Below are positions 25,769 through 35,167 of a DNA stretch of 64,000 nt, piece after piece. The stretch lies in assembly GCA_045595285.1 (NCBI GenBank), contig JAZOAC010000138.1, forward strand, positions 269 to 64,268, in the 5' to 3' direction. Source of the DNA: Kiritimatiellia bacterium. GTDB lineage: Bacteria; Verrucomicrobiota; Kiritimatiellia; RFP12; UBA1067. The position numbers and the translations under genes were made by a program. Each line of letters opens with the position of its first letter. Within the stretch, counting starts at the first letter, position 1. The notes beneath the pieces were generated by a model, which saw only the letters and a list, made by a program, of their open reading frames with translations, was not told where the DNA came from and made no database searches.

Positions 25769-26035
25769 TCACCGTAAAATCATGTACATTCCTATGGGCT
25801 TGCTTGCATCAAGACCAGAAGTGTTGGATTCCTCGCGACTCACGCCCGAAAACCAGACTTCCGTTTCAGCCTGACACATCCCGCTTGCTCTGCCCGACAG
25901 AAGCAGATCCGTGGCATCGGAGTTTCCGGGATAGGAAACGGTTAGAGTGGGTTCTTGCCGCAGATAAACATAGTCTTCGGCATAAAGCATCATGGAAATG
26001 AACGCCGCAGCCGCGATTGACACAAGTTTTCTCAT
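25769..26035 (-). CDS. small secreted hypothetical protein (88 aa)
   Basis: ORF 25769-26038 (TTG) trimmed to ATG 26035, with AAGGAGG 8 nt upstream. Signal-like MRKLVSIAAAAFISMMLYAED. Confidence 0.5.
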   Translation of the reverse strand: MRKLVSIAAAAFISMMLYAEDYVYLRQEPTLTVSYPGNSDATDLLLSGRASGMCQAETEVWFSGVSREESNTSGLDASKPIGMYMILR

Positions 26036-26061
26036 CAAGGTTGCCTCCTTATTTTATCGTT

Positions 26062-29000
26062 TCATTTGGGCTGATGCACAACCAATCCGTCATTGGTATC
26101 ATCAACATCAAAGAATGCAATGCGCTCATATCCACGGCGTTCCGGCTGATGGATCACCAGCTTGAGCTGGCCCTCAAATGTGCGGAACAGCATGCCGTGT
26201 CCGCCGTTCTTCTCGAAGATAGGCCGCTGATTGATCCACGGCCCCTCGGCTCTGCCACTCGCGGATTCGCAGCTGAATACAGTGTAGTTCTTGTTGTAGA
26301 ACGGACTCCAGATCATGTACAGTTTTCCAGTCTTGGGGGATCGGTAGCAGAAGCACCCGTCAGTCACGTGTCCGGCGCCAGGTCCGGCGGCGCGAGACTC
26401 GAAAAGCACTTTGGGCTCGCCTATGAAGCGGGAAAGATCGGGCGACATCTCCGCAATGTCGATGCGCCCCCACTTCGTCTGAGGCCATTCATGACAAAAC
26501 ACCATGTAGGGTTTGTCCTGATCGACAACGAGCGAACCGTCTATCGCCATCCATTTGCGCGGTGTGAGCGAGCCATCGGCAACCGGCACGAACGGCCCTA
26601 AAGGAGAATCGGATTTATAGACCCAGGTTCCGCGCCGGACAAGCCCGAGATTGTCTTTTGGCTTCCAGTTCGGATCGTCGGTCATGACCTTGATGTCATC
26701 GTCCGGCGACGGATGGAATGAAAGCGTAGTGAAAAGATAATACTTTCCTTTATATTTGTGCAGCTCTGGCGCCCACACCGTGCGGCAGCGCAGATTGGTA
26801 GGAACGCTCATCACCTCCTTGAGCGGCGACCAGGTTTCCAGATCCTTGGAAGTGCGCACGTTTACGCCGCGCGCGAACGGCACGTCGAAATACGGCGACT
26901 TGGTTTCGTAAAGATAGTACGTCTTCGTCTCGGGGTCGGCGAATACGTACGGGTCGCGGATGCGGAACTCGCTGCGGTGCACGGGGCGCTTGTACTGCGC
27001 CTCAAGAGCCTCCAGGCTTTTGACAACACCATCCGGATCCGAGGTGCGGATGTACTTTGCCCCGAGTTCGACCGCCGCCTGCACATCGACAAGATTGGTG
27101 CAGTTGAATATCATCTTTACGCCGAAATCATGGAGCGGAATGTCGAAAGCATCACCGAGCACGGCGGAGGTCTCGACATATTCGGCACCCGCCTCGATAG
27201 CGCGGTTTGCATGGGACTTCCATTCTAGACGGAACGGACGCGAGCGTATCTCACGCAATTCATCGACAATCTTACGGTCTTTGACCCTGACTAGCGACTC
27301 CTCGGGCTTTTCAGGAGCCAACCAGGTTGCCGAAGCGCGAAATTCGCCGGCACGAAGTTCAATCACATTGCACCCGTTCTTAAGGTGCACGCCTTTCCAT
27401 TCAACCACCTTCACGGAATCCGGTCCGGCCACCCCTATCTTCTCACCATTGACATAAAGTGCGACATCGCCGACATTGGAAAAGCCGGTTATATCTACGC
27501 GCATTGCATCGGCGCGAACCATCCGCGAACCGCAAAGATGCAAAACCTGATCAGAACTCCAGTTGGCCTTATAGAACCAAAACGCATCCTTGCGCGTTTT
27601 ATGGTCGCGGCAGACAAGACCTTTATCGTTTATGCCGTCATGATCGCCTTCCGTGCGGTTATCTGCGGCCGTATCGAACATCATCCACGCGAAGGTCCCC
27701 CACACGCCGGGATTCCCCTTCATCTGGCGATAGGCGGCAATATGGTGGCGCGTCTGATATTCCTCGGGGTGGAAACGCGCGGAAGTGCGCGGACGCTTCA
27801 CCGGATTGGTGTGGTGATATACCGACGCCCCGGCACCGTATTCGCTCACCGCCACCGCTTTGCGGCCTGACGCCGCAATGTGGCGTTTGATCTCCGCCGC
27901 ATGACCGGAGGACTCGCCGCGCGACCATCCGGGATAGATGTTTATTCCCAGCGCGTCGGGTACGCGGTTCAAGGCCATCTGGTCGATGCGGCAGGTGGCG
28001 GCCACCATCGGCCGTTTCGGATCAAGCCCTCGCAGAATCCCCCTCGCGTCGCGCAGGAGCTTAAGCGTAAACGGCTCGTCTTTGCGGTCGACATGCAGTT
28101 CGTTGTATAAGCTCCACATCACAATCGACGGATGATTGCCGAGCTGCGCCTGCATTTCCCGGAGACACCGGAGATAATTTTCCCGATATGCCTCGGTAGG
28201 CGAAACAAAATCCGTGGCCGGCAGTTCGCACCAGGCGAGAAGTCCCTGCCGGTCGCACTCGGCGTACAGATTGTCGCTATGGGGGTAGTGGGCCGTTCTC
28301 ACGCCGTCCGCACCCATTTCCTTAATCAGCGCAACCGCCTCGCGTTCGTCTTCGCGTGAAAGCGCCCAGCCTTTGCCCTTCTTATCCTGATGGTAATTGA
28401 CCGCGCGGATCTGCCGCTTTTTGCCGTTGAGATAAAAGTGTCCGTCGGCGCGAAATTCCGCAGTGCGGAAACCAAACTGCGTTTCAACCATATCAACCCA
28501 CGTACCTTGGCGGACGGTCGTGCGCAAAGTGTAGAGATTGGGAGTTTCCGGCGACCAGAGTTTCGGCGAAGGAACGGTAAGCGTATCGCCCTCCGCCCGG
28601 ATGCCCGTTCCGGCGATTTCATGTTCTACAACCGCGTCATCAGCTCCGGAAACGAGCGTTTTTATCTTGACCCGCCCGCTCTTCGCGTCGGCCGATATCG
28701 CCACTCCGGGGCCTCCGTGCACGGTCGGGTCGATGCACACCGGATCGGTTTCGATAAGACGCACTTCCCGGTAGAGCCCCCCGAAAACCGTATAGTCGGC
28801 GGCGTTCGGCAGATCGTCGAAATCATAGTAGTTGTCGACGACGATATCGAGCATATTCGGTCCGTTCGGGCGCATCCATTTCGTAAGTTCAAAACAAAAA
28901 CCGGTAACCGAACCTTTATGGCGGCCTACAGTCTCGCCGTTGACCGCCACCGTCGCATTTACAGCCGCGCCGCCGCACTTGACGAAAAGTCTGCGCCCGG

Positions 29001-30165
29001 GAGCGATATCGGGAAGCCTCCGCGAATAAGTAACGCTCCTCCTATCGATACCCGGCGCCCCGACGGAATTGTGGTGGTGGCGGTATTTAAGCCCGTTAGG
29101 ACCGTCGGCGCCGTCATCCGCGTTCCATGTGTGAGGCACTGTAACCGCCTCTCCGTCGGCCGTCCAGCCGTGCGTGAGCACTATTTCCCTGCGTCCGGGG
29201 CTTGCGGGCATGGAAGAACGGACAAGACGGAGGGTGCCGTCCATATCTTCGACATCAAAGAGCTTCATCCGCTCATACGGTGTTTTATTGGGCTGGTGCA
29301 ATGTAAGTTTGAGTTTGCCGTCAAAGGTCTTGAAAAGCATACCGTGTCCACCGTCGCGCCCGAAAAGCACGGAATCCTTTGTCCACGGGCCGGTCAGCCG
29401 ACCGGAGGAGGATGTCCGGTTTAGCACGCAATATCCCTTGCCTTTTACAACGTTCGACCAGATCATATGAAGCGTGCCGCCTTTATCCGAACGGAAGAAA
29501 AACGGACCGTCGGTGACGCGGCCGGCGCCGGGCATTGCATCCGCTGCGGCAAACATGACAACCGGCTCGGAAGCAAGGCCCGAAAAATCCTCTTTCAGTT
29601 CCGCGTAACACATCCGCCCGATTTTCGTCTGCACCCATTCATGGCAGAAAACGATGTAGGGCTTGCCGTTTTCGACCACCAGCGTTCCATCGAGGCATAC
29701 CCAGTCCTTCGGCGTCACCGGACCGTTGGAAACGGGGCGAAATTCTCCGTCGGGAGTATACGAACTGAAAATCCATGTCCCGCGAGGGTGCAGTCTACGG
29801 ATATCCACTCCATCGGCCATGGGTTTTACCTCCCGCACGCCGTTCTCCTCGGTGATGGTGACAAAAAGGTAGTACTTACCATTGTACTTATGAACTTCCG
29901 GCGCCCAGACCGCAGTACACTTCACCCCGGCGGGAATCGAAAGCACCCGCTTCTTTTCCGTCCACGTCTCGAGATCGCGGCTTGTACGCACAAACACTCC
30001 ATCGCCGCCGCTCCAAGGCTTGGATTCATAAAGATAGTAAATCCCGCCTTCGGGCACGACGAACGGATCTCGGATCTGGAAATCACCGCGTTGGACAGCC
30101 GAAGCAGCCAATGCGCACAAGGCGAGCAAAGCTGAAGAGAATATCTTTTTCATCTTGATGTACAT
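26062..30165 (-). CDS. multidomain secreted glycosidase: GH43-like + GH2 + GH43-like (~1367 aa)
   Basis: ORF 26062-30702 trimmed to ATG 30165 (GGAG 8 nt upstream). The alternative ATG 30153 forms an ATGA overlap with the upstream stop. Signal MKKIFSSALLALCALAASA. Two five-bladed-propeller-like modules (FQIRDPFVVPEGGIYYLYES...VWAPEVHKYNGKYYLF and FRIRDPYVFADPETKTYYLYET...VWAPELHKYKGKYYLF) flank a GH2 core (VAVNGETVGRHKGS, NYHQD, SIVMWSLYNE). Confidence 0.8.
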   Translation of the reverse strand: MYIKMKKIFSSALLALCALAASAVQRGDFQIRDPFVVPEGGIYYLYESKPWSGGDGVFVRTSRDLETWTEKKRVLSIPAGVKCTAVWAPEVHKYNGKYYLFVTITEENGVREVKPMADGVDIRRLHPRGTWIFSSYTPDGEFRPVSNGPVTPKDWVCLDGTLVVENGKPYIVFCHEWVQTKIGRMCYAELKEDFSGLASEPVVMFAAADAMPGAGRVTDGPFFFRSDKGGTLHMIWSNVVKGKGYCVLNRTSSSGRLTGPWTKDSVLFGRDGGHGMLFKTFDGKLKLTLHQPNKTPYERMKLFDVEDMDGTLRLVRSSMPASPGRREIVLTHGWTADGEAVTVPHTWNADDGADGPNGLKYRHHHNSVGAPGIDRRSVTYSRRLPDIAPGRRLFVKCGGAAVNATVAVNGETVGRHKGSVTGFCFELTKWMRPNGPNMLDIVVDNYYDFDDLPNAADYTVFGGLYREVRLIETDPVCIDPTVHGGPGVAISADAKSGRVKIKTLVSGADDAVVEHEIAGTGIRAEGDTLTVPSPKLWSPETPNLYTLRTTVRQGTWVDMVETQFGFRTAEFRADGHFYLNGKKRQIRAVNYHQDKKGKGWALSREDEREAVALIKEMGADGVRTAHYPHSDNLYAECDRQGLLAWCELPATDFVSPTEAYRENYLRCLREMQAQLGNHPSIVMWSLYNELHVDRKDEPFTLKLLRDARGILRGLDPKRPMVAATCRIDQMALNRVPDALGINIYPGWSRGESSGHAAEIKRHIAASGRKAVAVSEYGAGASVYHHTNPVKRPRTSARFHPEEYQTRHHIAAYRQMKGNPGVWGTFAWMMFDTAADNRTEGDHDGINDKGLVCRDHKTRKDAFWFYKANWSSDQVLHLCGSRMVRADAMRVDITGFSNVGDVALYVNGEKIGVAGPDSVKVVEWKGVHLKNGCNVIELRAGEFRASATWLAPEKPEESLVRVKDRKIVDELREIRSRPFRLEWKSHANRAIEAGAEYVETSAVLGDAFDIPLHDFGVKMIFNCTNLVDVQAAVELGAKYIRTSDPDGVVKSLEALEAQYKRPVHRSEFRIRDPYVFADPETKTYYLYETKSPYFDVPFARGVNVRTSKDLETWSPLKEVMSVPTNLRCRTVWAPELHKYKGKYYLFTTLSFHPSPDDDIKVMTDDPNWKPKDNLGLVRRGTWVYKSDSPLGPFVPVADGSLTPRKWMAIDGSLVVDQDKPYMVFCHEWPQTKWGRIDIAEMSPDLSRFIGEPKVLFESRAAGPGAGHVTDGCFCYRSPKTGKLYMIWSPFYNKNYTVFSCESASGRAEGPWINQRPIFEKNGGHGMLFRTFEGQLKLVIHQPERRGYERIAFFDVDDTNDGLVVHQPK

Positions 30166-31349
30166 GCTTGTTTCTCCTGTATTTCCCGACAAAGTTTTTC
30201 CGAAATCATCAGCATTCTCGGCAGATGGAACGGCCCCTTGAAAAGATTCCCTTTCGCCGGCTGGGCCACGGTGCCGTCCCGATGGAGATATCCGAACCAT
30301 TCCGGATATTCCCTGTCTTTGAGATGTTCCCAAGCCCAGTCGGAAACGAGCCTGAAACGTTCGAAGAACCGCTCCTCGCCCGTCAGCCGGTACGCCATCA
30401 GATTGGCGATCACCGCTTCGCACTGCGGCCACCAGAACTTCATGTCCTGCTCGTAGCACTGGGGCGGGAATCCTTTGCAGTCCCGGAACGAAATGATTCC
30501 GCCGCCGCACTCGGAATCCCATCCCCAGTCCCAGGACCAATCGAGGATCTGAAGCGCCTTTTCCAAAAGCGTCCTGTCGCCCCGCGCGGAGGCGGCTTCC
30601 ATAAGGAACCAGCTTGTTTCGATGGCATGACCGGGATTGATCGTGCGTCCGGCGATCGTGTCGATGAATTCGCCGTTCGGGCCGACAGTCTCGAGTACGC
30701 ACTTGAACTCCGGATGGACAAAGTAGCGCAGAAGTTCATCAATGGATTCGTCAATCTGTTCATCAAGCGCCGGATCATTCGAAACATGCTTGAGCACATT
30801 CGCGACGTTGATGAGAATCATCGTCAGCGAATGTCCGCGCGTGGCCATGGCCGGCTCGTACTTGACCGGCGTCATCGCCGGATCGTCCCTGAAAGCGCGT
30901 ATGCGGCGGAAGAGGTCCATAGCCCTTTGGGCCGCCGCACGGTCACCGGAGGCGAGCGAATACTCCGCAAGTGCAATCGTGGCGAAGCATTCGGAGAAAA
31001 GGTACCGACGCATCCTGAGCGGCGTTCCGTCCGCCATGACTTCGAAATACATGCGTCCGCGGTCATCGAAGCATGTACTCTCGAAGAAGTCAATCGTCGA
31101 TTTGGCAGCCTCGAGCCATTCGCGGTTTTTATCGACGTTGTTGCATGCATACGAAAGGATGTAGGCGAATCGCCCCTGGAACCAGACGCTTTTCGTCGGA
31201 TCCATAAGCTTTCCGTCGCGGTCGAGACAGGTGTATACGCCGCCGTGGACGCGGTCGAAGCCGTACTTCATCCAGAACGGCATCACATTCCCGAGAAGCT
31301 CTTCTCTGCACTTCCCGCCGAATTCCTTTATTAGATTCTCTTTTCCCAT
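30150..31349 (-). CDS. N-acylglucosamine 2-epimerase (AGE) superfamily sugar epimerase/isomerase
   Basis: ORF 30150-31373 (TTG) trimmed to ATG 31349. Blocks: VMPFWMKYGFDRVHGGVYTCLDRDG, KSVWFQGRFAY, INPGHAIETSWFL, KFWWPQCEA, KGNLFKGPFHLPR. Confidence 0.8.
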   Translation of the reverse strand: MGKENLIKEFGGKCREELLGNVMPFWMKYGFDRVHGGVYTCLDRDGKLMDPTKSVWFQGRFAYILSYACNNVDKNREWLEAAKSTIDFFESTCFDDRGRMYFEVMADGTPLRMRRYLFSECFATIALAEYSLASGDRAAAQRAMDLFRRIRAFRDDPAMTPVKYEPAMATRGHSLTMILINVANVLKHVSNDPALDEQIDESIDELLRYFVHPEFKCVLETVGPNGEFIDTIAGRTINPGHAIETSWFLMEAASARGDRTLLEKALQILDWSWDWGWDSECGGGIISFRDCKGFPPQCYEQDMKFWWPQCEAVIANLMAYRLTGEERFFERFRLVSDWAWEHLKDREYPEWFGYLHRDGTVAQPAKGNLFKGPFHLPRMLMISEKLCREIQEKQACTSR

Positions 31350-31362
31350 TTTCGGCCGATTC

Positions 31363-32601
31363 TCAATTCTCAACTATGCTCTGTCCTTTTGTCTCCGGCA
31401 TATATACGATTGCCCATATCATTTCAAGAAGCATCATCGCGGCAAAAAACGCAAACGCATAGGTGCCGGTACGGGCGACAGCGACAGGGAAAAACCAAGA
31501 CACGAGCATGCACATCACCCAGTGCACCATGCCGCCGAAACTCTGACCCTTGGCGCGCACATCAGGCGGAAAGATCTCGGAAATGAACACCCATATCACT
31601 GCACTTGCCGAGAACGCAACCGCCGCTATGAATCCATATACTCCCGTCATGGCAAGCCACGGTGTGCAGGCGTCGCCAAGCGAAACCTGCCACGCGACAA
31701 TTCCATGCATGGCCGCCATCGCCGCACATCCGGATATGAGCAGAGGACGCCGCCCGAAACGGTCTATAAGGAAAAACGCCGCTACGGTGAAAACAAGATT
31801 CACGACACCGACCCCAATTGTGCCGGCCAGGGACACAAGCGCACTCCCGTCACCAAAGATCATCTTGAAAATCCGCGGCGCATAGTAGTTCACGGCATTC
31901 ACGCCCGAAAGCTGGCTGAAGAACGCCACCGTGAAGCAAAGCACTATCGGCCGCAGATTCCGGCGGACGAAAAGCGGCGCGGAAGCCTTGACGCGCGACT
32001 GATGGGGGCTTTCCGGCACGAACACAAGCGCAGCGATATACATAAGGGCGGGAATGCACTCCACTCCAAGCATCGAACGCCAGACAACGGCGGACGAGCA
32101 GGGAAGATATCGGGCGACACAGTAGTTGGACACGTACGAGACGACAATTCCGAGGACTATGCAAAACTGATTGACCAGCACAAGCCTTCCCCTGAGATGC
32201 GCCGGGGCGATTTCGGCGATGTACATGGGAACTGCAACAGAGACCCCTCCGATGGCAATGCCGCCGATGAAGCGCATCCATCCCAAAACGTGAGGTCCGG
32301 CCAAGCCCGATGGCGTCAGCGCACATCCCGCCGCCGAGACAAAAAAGAGAGCGCCCATCCACATCAGCGTAGACTTGCGCCCGATCCGGTCGCACATGCG
32401 ACCGGCTGCAAGAGCACCGAAAACCGTACCGAAAAGCGCTCCCGCGACCACCAGTCCGTGCCAGACGGGCGCAAGAGAGAATTCTCGCTGAATGGCCTCT
32501 TCGCAGCCCGATATCACACCGGTGTCAAAACCGAAGAGCAATCCACCCAGCGAAACCGCCGAAGTTATGAAGTAAAGGGCTTTTCCGTGAATTCCCGGCA
32601 T
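31363..32601 (-). CDS. MFS sugar porter-family transporter (compact, short central loop)
   Basis: 412 aa. GFDTGVISG, GRMCDRIGRK, PESP, DRFGRRPLL, PETKG. AGGAGAA precedes ATG 32601. Confidence 0.85.
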   Translation of the reverse strand: MPGIHGKALYFITSAVSLGGLLFGFDTGVISGCEEAIQREFSLAPVWHGLVVAGALFGTVFGALAAGRMCDRIGRKSTLMWMGALFFVSAAGCALTPSGLAGPHVLGWMRFIGGIAIGGVSVAVPMYIAEIAPAHLRGRLVLVNQFCIVLGIVVSYVSNYCVARYLPCSSAVVWRSMLGVECIPALMYIAALVFVPESPHQSRVKASAPLFVRRNLRPIVLCFTVAFFSQLSGVNAVNYYAPRIFKMIFGDGSALVSLAGTIGVGVVNLVFTVAAFFLIDRFGRRPLLISGCAAMAAMHGIVAWQVSLGDACTPWLAMTGVYGFIAAVAFSASAVIWVFISEIFPPDVRAKGQSFGGMVHWVMCMLVSWFFPVAVARTGTYAFAFFAAMMLLEMIWAIVYMPETKGQSIVEN

Positions 32602-32622
32602 TTCAAATTCTCCTGTCCTGCA

Positions 32623-34134
32623 TCACCTTTTGCTCCGGAGTTTTGCACGCAGTACAACATCCTCATACGAATCACTGGTACTCCAGAACATTTCGGCCTG
32701 CACCACGGTGGAATAACGGAATGGCGGATTGTATTCGGTCACAAGATTGAGTTCCTTGGGCTGACGTTTTCCGTCGCGTATGTGGCGCAGCAGATCGTAG
32801 GCTTTGCGGCCGTGAAGGAACCATTCGGCATCGTACCAGTGCTGCATCGTGTCGGACATCCTGCGGTCCTGGTCAAGAAGCTCGTCGCCTGCGCATCCAA
32901 GCATGTAAGGCCCGGGCTGATGCGCCCAAGTGCGCCAGTCCTGGCGGACCTGGCATTTCCAGACAAGGCCCACCGTATCCGAAGCGGAAAGTATCTCATC
33001 GACGAAAGCCGTGTTCGGCGGGCGGAATTTGGCGGGCGGCTCGGGCCGTTCAAAAAACGGAAAACCTCCGCAGTTCTCCCAAAGGATCTCCACCGCAGGA
33101 TCGGTCTTTGCAATTTCATGCACATCCTTCTTGACGGAATCGGCATGAAGCCCGAACACTATGTCCGTCGAAGGCGACACTGCACGGATCCTGGACGAAA
33201 CGTCGTTGACAAGCTCGACCACCATTGACGCTATGCTGCGATCCCGCACGCGGGAATTGCCCTGCTCCGTGAAGCTCTGGAAGTATATGCCGTCCCCGCC
33301 AAGCGGACGCCACACGGAATTCCATTCCGCGAATATCGAGTCGCCAAGGGCCTTCAGGCTTGTGGCCTTCTCCGAACTCTCCGCGCAGTTCACCGCCCAG
33401 CCCCAGGCAAAGCCCCAATACACCTCTATGCCCCAGCTGTGCGCGAAATCGACAACCTCGCGTGCGTTCAAAGGCGGATATTCGTTCCAGAGAATGACGC
33501 GCGTAAGACGCAACCTCGCCATCTCACGGAAGAACTGACGATAGTCGTCAATGACATGCCCCCACGTAAAAAGGCTGCGCACCGGGGTTTCAGGCCGTAC
33601 GCGGCGCTCATACGGCTTGGTCTTCTTCCAGGAGAAGAATGTGCGGGTGGATATGCTGTTCGGGTAGCGCAGCAATGCCGCGCGCATCTCATGAATCCCC
33701 ACATCGGCAAAATCGAACGCCGCCCAGAGTACGGCGGAGGGCGTGTCTCCGGCGAGCAGGATGATGCGCTTTTCCCCTTCCATGAAAGCCTTGACCACAT
33801 AGCCGCCGGATGGGACAGCCTCCTGCTTCAGATATCGGCGCAATGTCGCATTCTCCGAAAGGCGGCCGATTACAATCATGTGCTTCCGGTCGATGGACTT
33901 TACGGAACCGCACTTTTCAAGAGGAAGCAGAAACGAAGTAGTGGTCGTAGGGTCTCGCAATGACGGCGCCATGCACTCGGTCAACACCTCCAACGCACGT
34001 CCCTCCGGCCCTTCAGCCGACGAATACACGACTTTCCAATCGTCACCGGCAACCTTAGGCGTTATCGGCGGCGCTGAAAACGCAGGTGCAGAAAGGAAAC
34101 AAACCAATGCAAAAGAAAAAACATGTGTCTTCAT
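32623..34134 (-). CDS. secreted hypothetical protein, probable glycoside hydrolase (GH20/GH67/GH115/DUF4838-like architecture)
   Basis: 503 aa. Signal MKTHVFSFALVCFLSAPAFSA. The N-terminal alpha/beta module (MIVIGRLSEN...ILLAGDTPSAVLWAAFDFAD) resembles the N-domains of those families and is followed by a TIM-barrel-like region. The family was not verified. Confidence 0.5.
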   Translation of the reverse strand: MKTHVFSFALVCFLSAPAFSAPPITPKVAGDDWKVVYSSAEGPEGRALEVLTECMAPSLRDPTTTTSFLLPLEKCGSVKSIDRKHMIVIGRLSENATLRRYLKQEAVPSGGYVVKAFMEGEKRIILLAGDTPSAVLWAAFDFADVGIHEMRAALLRYPNSISTRTFFSWKKTKPYERRVRPETPVRSLFTWGHVIDDYRQFFREMARLRLTRVILWNEYPPLNAREVVDFAHSWGIEVYWGFAWGWAVNCAESSEKATSLKALGDSIFAEWNSVWRPLGGDGIYFQSFTEQGNSRVRDRSIASMVVELVNDVSSRIRAVSPSTDIVFGLHADSVKKDVHEIAKTDPAVEILWENCGGFPFFERPEPPAKFRPPNTAFVDEILSASDTVGLVWKCQVRQDWRTWAHQPGPYMLGCAGDELLDQDRRMSDTMQHWYDAEWFLHGRKAYDLLRHIRDGKRQPKELNLVTEYNPPFRYSTVVQAEMFWSTSDSYEDVVLRAKLRSKR

Positions 34135-34142
34135 GGCGCGTG

Positions 34143-34152
34143 ATTATATCAC
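34143..34152 (-). promoter_or_regulatory. extended -10 box GTGATATAAT, 8 nt upstream of ATG 34134 (leaderless-type promoter)
   Basis: attatatcac on the plus strand. The spacer to the ATG is CACGCGCC, with no Shine-Dalgarno. Confidence 0.5.
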
Positions 34153-34316
34153 AACATCAAGATTTAAAACTCACTTTACAAACAACAATAATCTCACGAT
34201 TCTGGTAAAACGTCGTGTACGAAACAGACGGACACAAAGAATGTGTCCTTAACCGTAGCGTAAAGCCGTAAGGTGACCAGTGATCAGACTCGGGCCGCGA
34301 TATAAATAAAGGCAGG

Positions 34317-35135
34317 CTACTTGCCGACTCTCTTCATCTTGTAGCCGGCGTACATTTGAGTATTGTAGAGCGGCTGTCCCTCAGGGATCGCCAACCCCAT
34401 CGCCTTGCGGATGGCAAGAAAATCCTGGACGCTCTTCCTGCCGACCTGCTGGAGCGGCTTTTTGTGGAGACCGGCGAGAAGGCAGCACTGGCAGAACGCA
34501 TCGGCGTTTTCGGCGAACCACTCAGCCTCTTCAATGTCACGGCCGCCACACACGATTCCATGGTTCTCCATGAATACGACGTTCGACCTCTTGGCCGCTT
34601 CAGCGACATTTGCGGCAACCTCGTCAGTGCCGGGAGTGCCGTATGGAGCAAGCGGGATCTGGCCAAGGAAGATGTCCGCTTCAGGATTGATTCCGTTCGG
34701 CGGCACCTGTCCTGCGAATATGAAAGCGTTGCAGTGCGGAGGATGGCAGTGCATGCATGCATTCATGCCCGTCGCCTTCATCATTGCGATGTGTACTTTC
34801 ACCTCCGAAGTGCGCGGACGGTACCCGCAAAGCTGTCCGGCATTCATATCCACCAGACAGATATCCTCTTCTTTCATGAAGCCCTTGCAGCACAGCGTCG
34901 GCGAGCAGAGAACCAGATCATCTCCAACACGAACTGACAGATTGCCGCCGTTGCCGTCCGTATATCCCTTGGCGTATATGCGTCGCCCCATTTCGCAAAT
35001 GTCCCGCTTCACCTTGCGGATCGCTGCGCTCTTGAAGAACGTATCGAGTTCCTTGCGCGTACGGGGTTGCTTCCTTCCCTCCCAGTGGTATGCGCGGTCA
35101 ACCAACGGCGGATTTATGTAGAGCTTGCTGTCCAT
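34317..35135 (-). CDS. class II aldolase/adducin-family protein (fuculose-/ribulose-phosphate aldolase or epimerase-like)
   Basis: ORF 34317-35159 trimmed to ATG 35135 (GGAG 8 nt upstream). GNGGNLSVRVG, EVKVHIAMM, and His cluster CMHCHPPH. Confidence 0.75.
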   Translation of the reverse strand: MDSKLYINPPLVDRAYHWEGRKQPRTRKELDTFFKSAAIRKVKRDICEMGRRIYAKGYTDGNGGNLSVRVGDDLVLCSPTLCCKGFMKEEDICLVDMNAGQLCGYRPRTSEVKVHIAMMKATGMNACMHCHPPHCNAFIFAGQVPPNGINPEADIFLGQIPLAPYGTPGTDEVAANVAEAAKRSNVVFMENHGIVCGGRDIEEAEWFAENADAFCQCCLLAGLHKKPLQQVGRKSVQDFLAIRKAMGLAIPEGQPLYNTQMYAGYKMKRVGK

Positions 35136-35167
35136 AGACATTCTCCTGTCAACATTCAACTGCTATA

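Noticed and set aside
30166-30702. 179-codon N-terminal extension of the GH43-GH2-GH43 ORF (and analogous extensions at 42013-42291 and 42552-43067)
   Set aside because: The extensions run through the upstream genes in another frame and are Arg/Gly-rich with no homology. Internal starts give proper signal peptides or family-typical N-termini, with a Shine-Dalgarno or overlap coupling.
31231-33228. 665-aa plus-strand ORF (and similar ones at 15329-17053, 35608-36684, 36760-37914, 18006-19607)
   Set aside because: All are antisense to genes with clear family signatures (MFS transporter, oadA, ACAD, ABC ATPase). Their composition is biased and no ribosome-binding sites are present.
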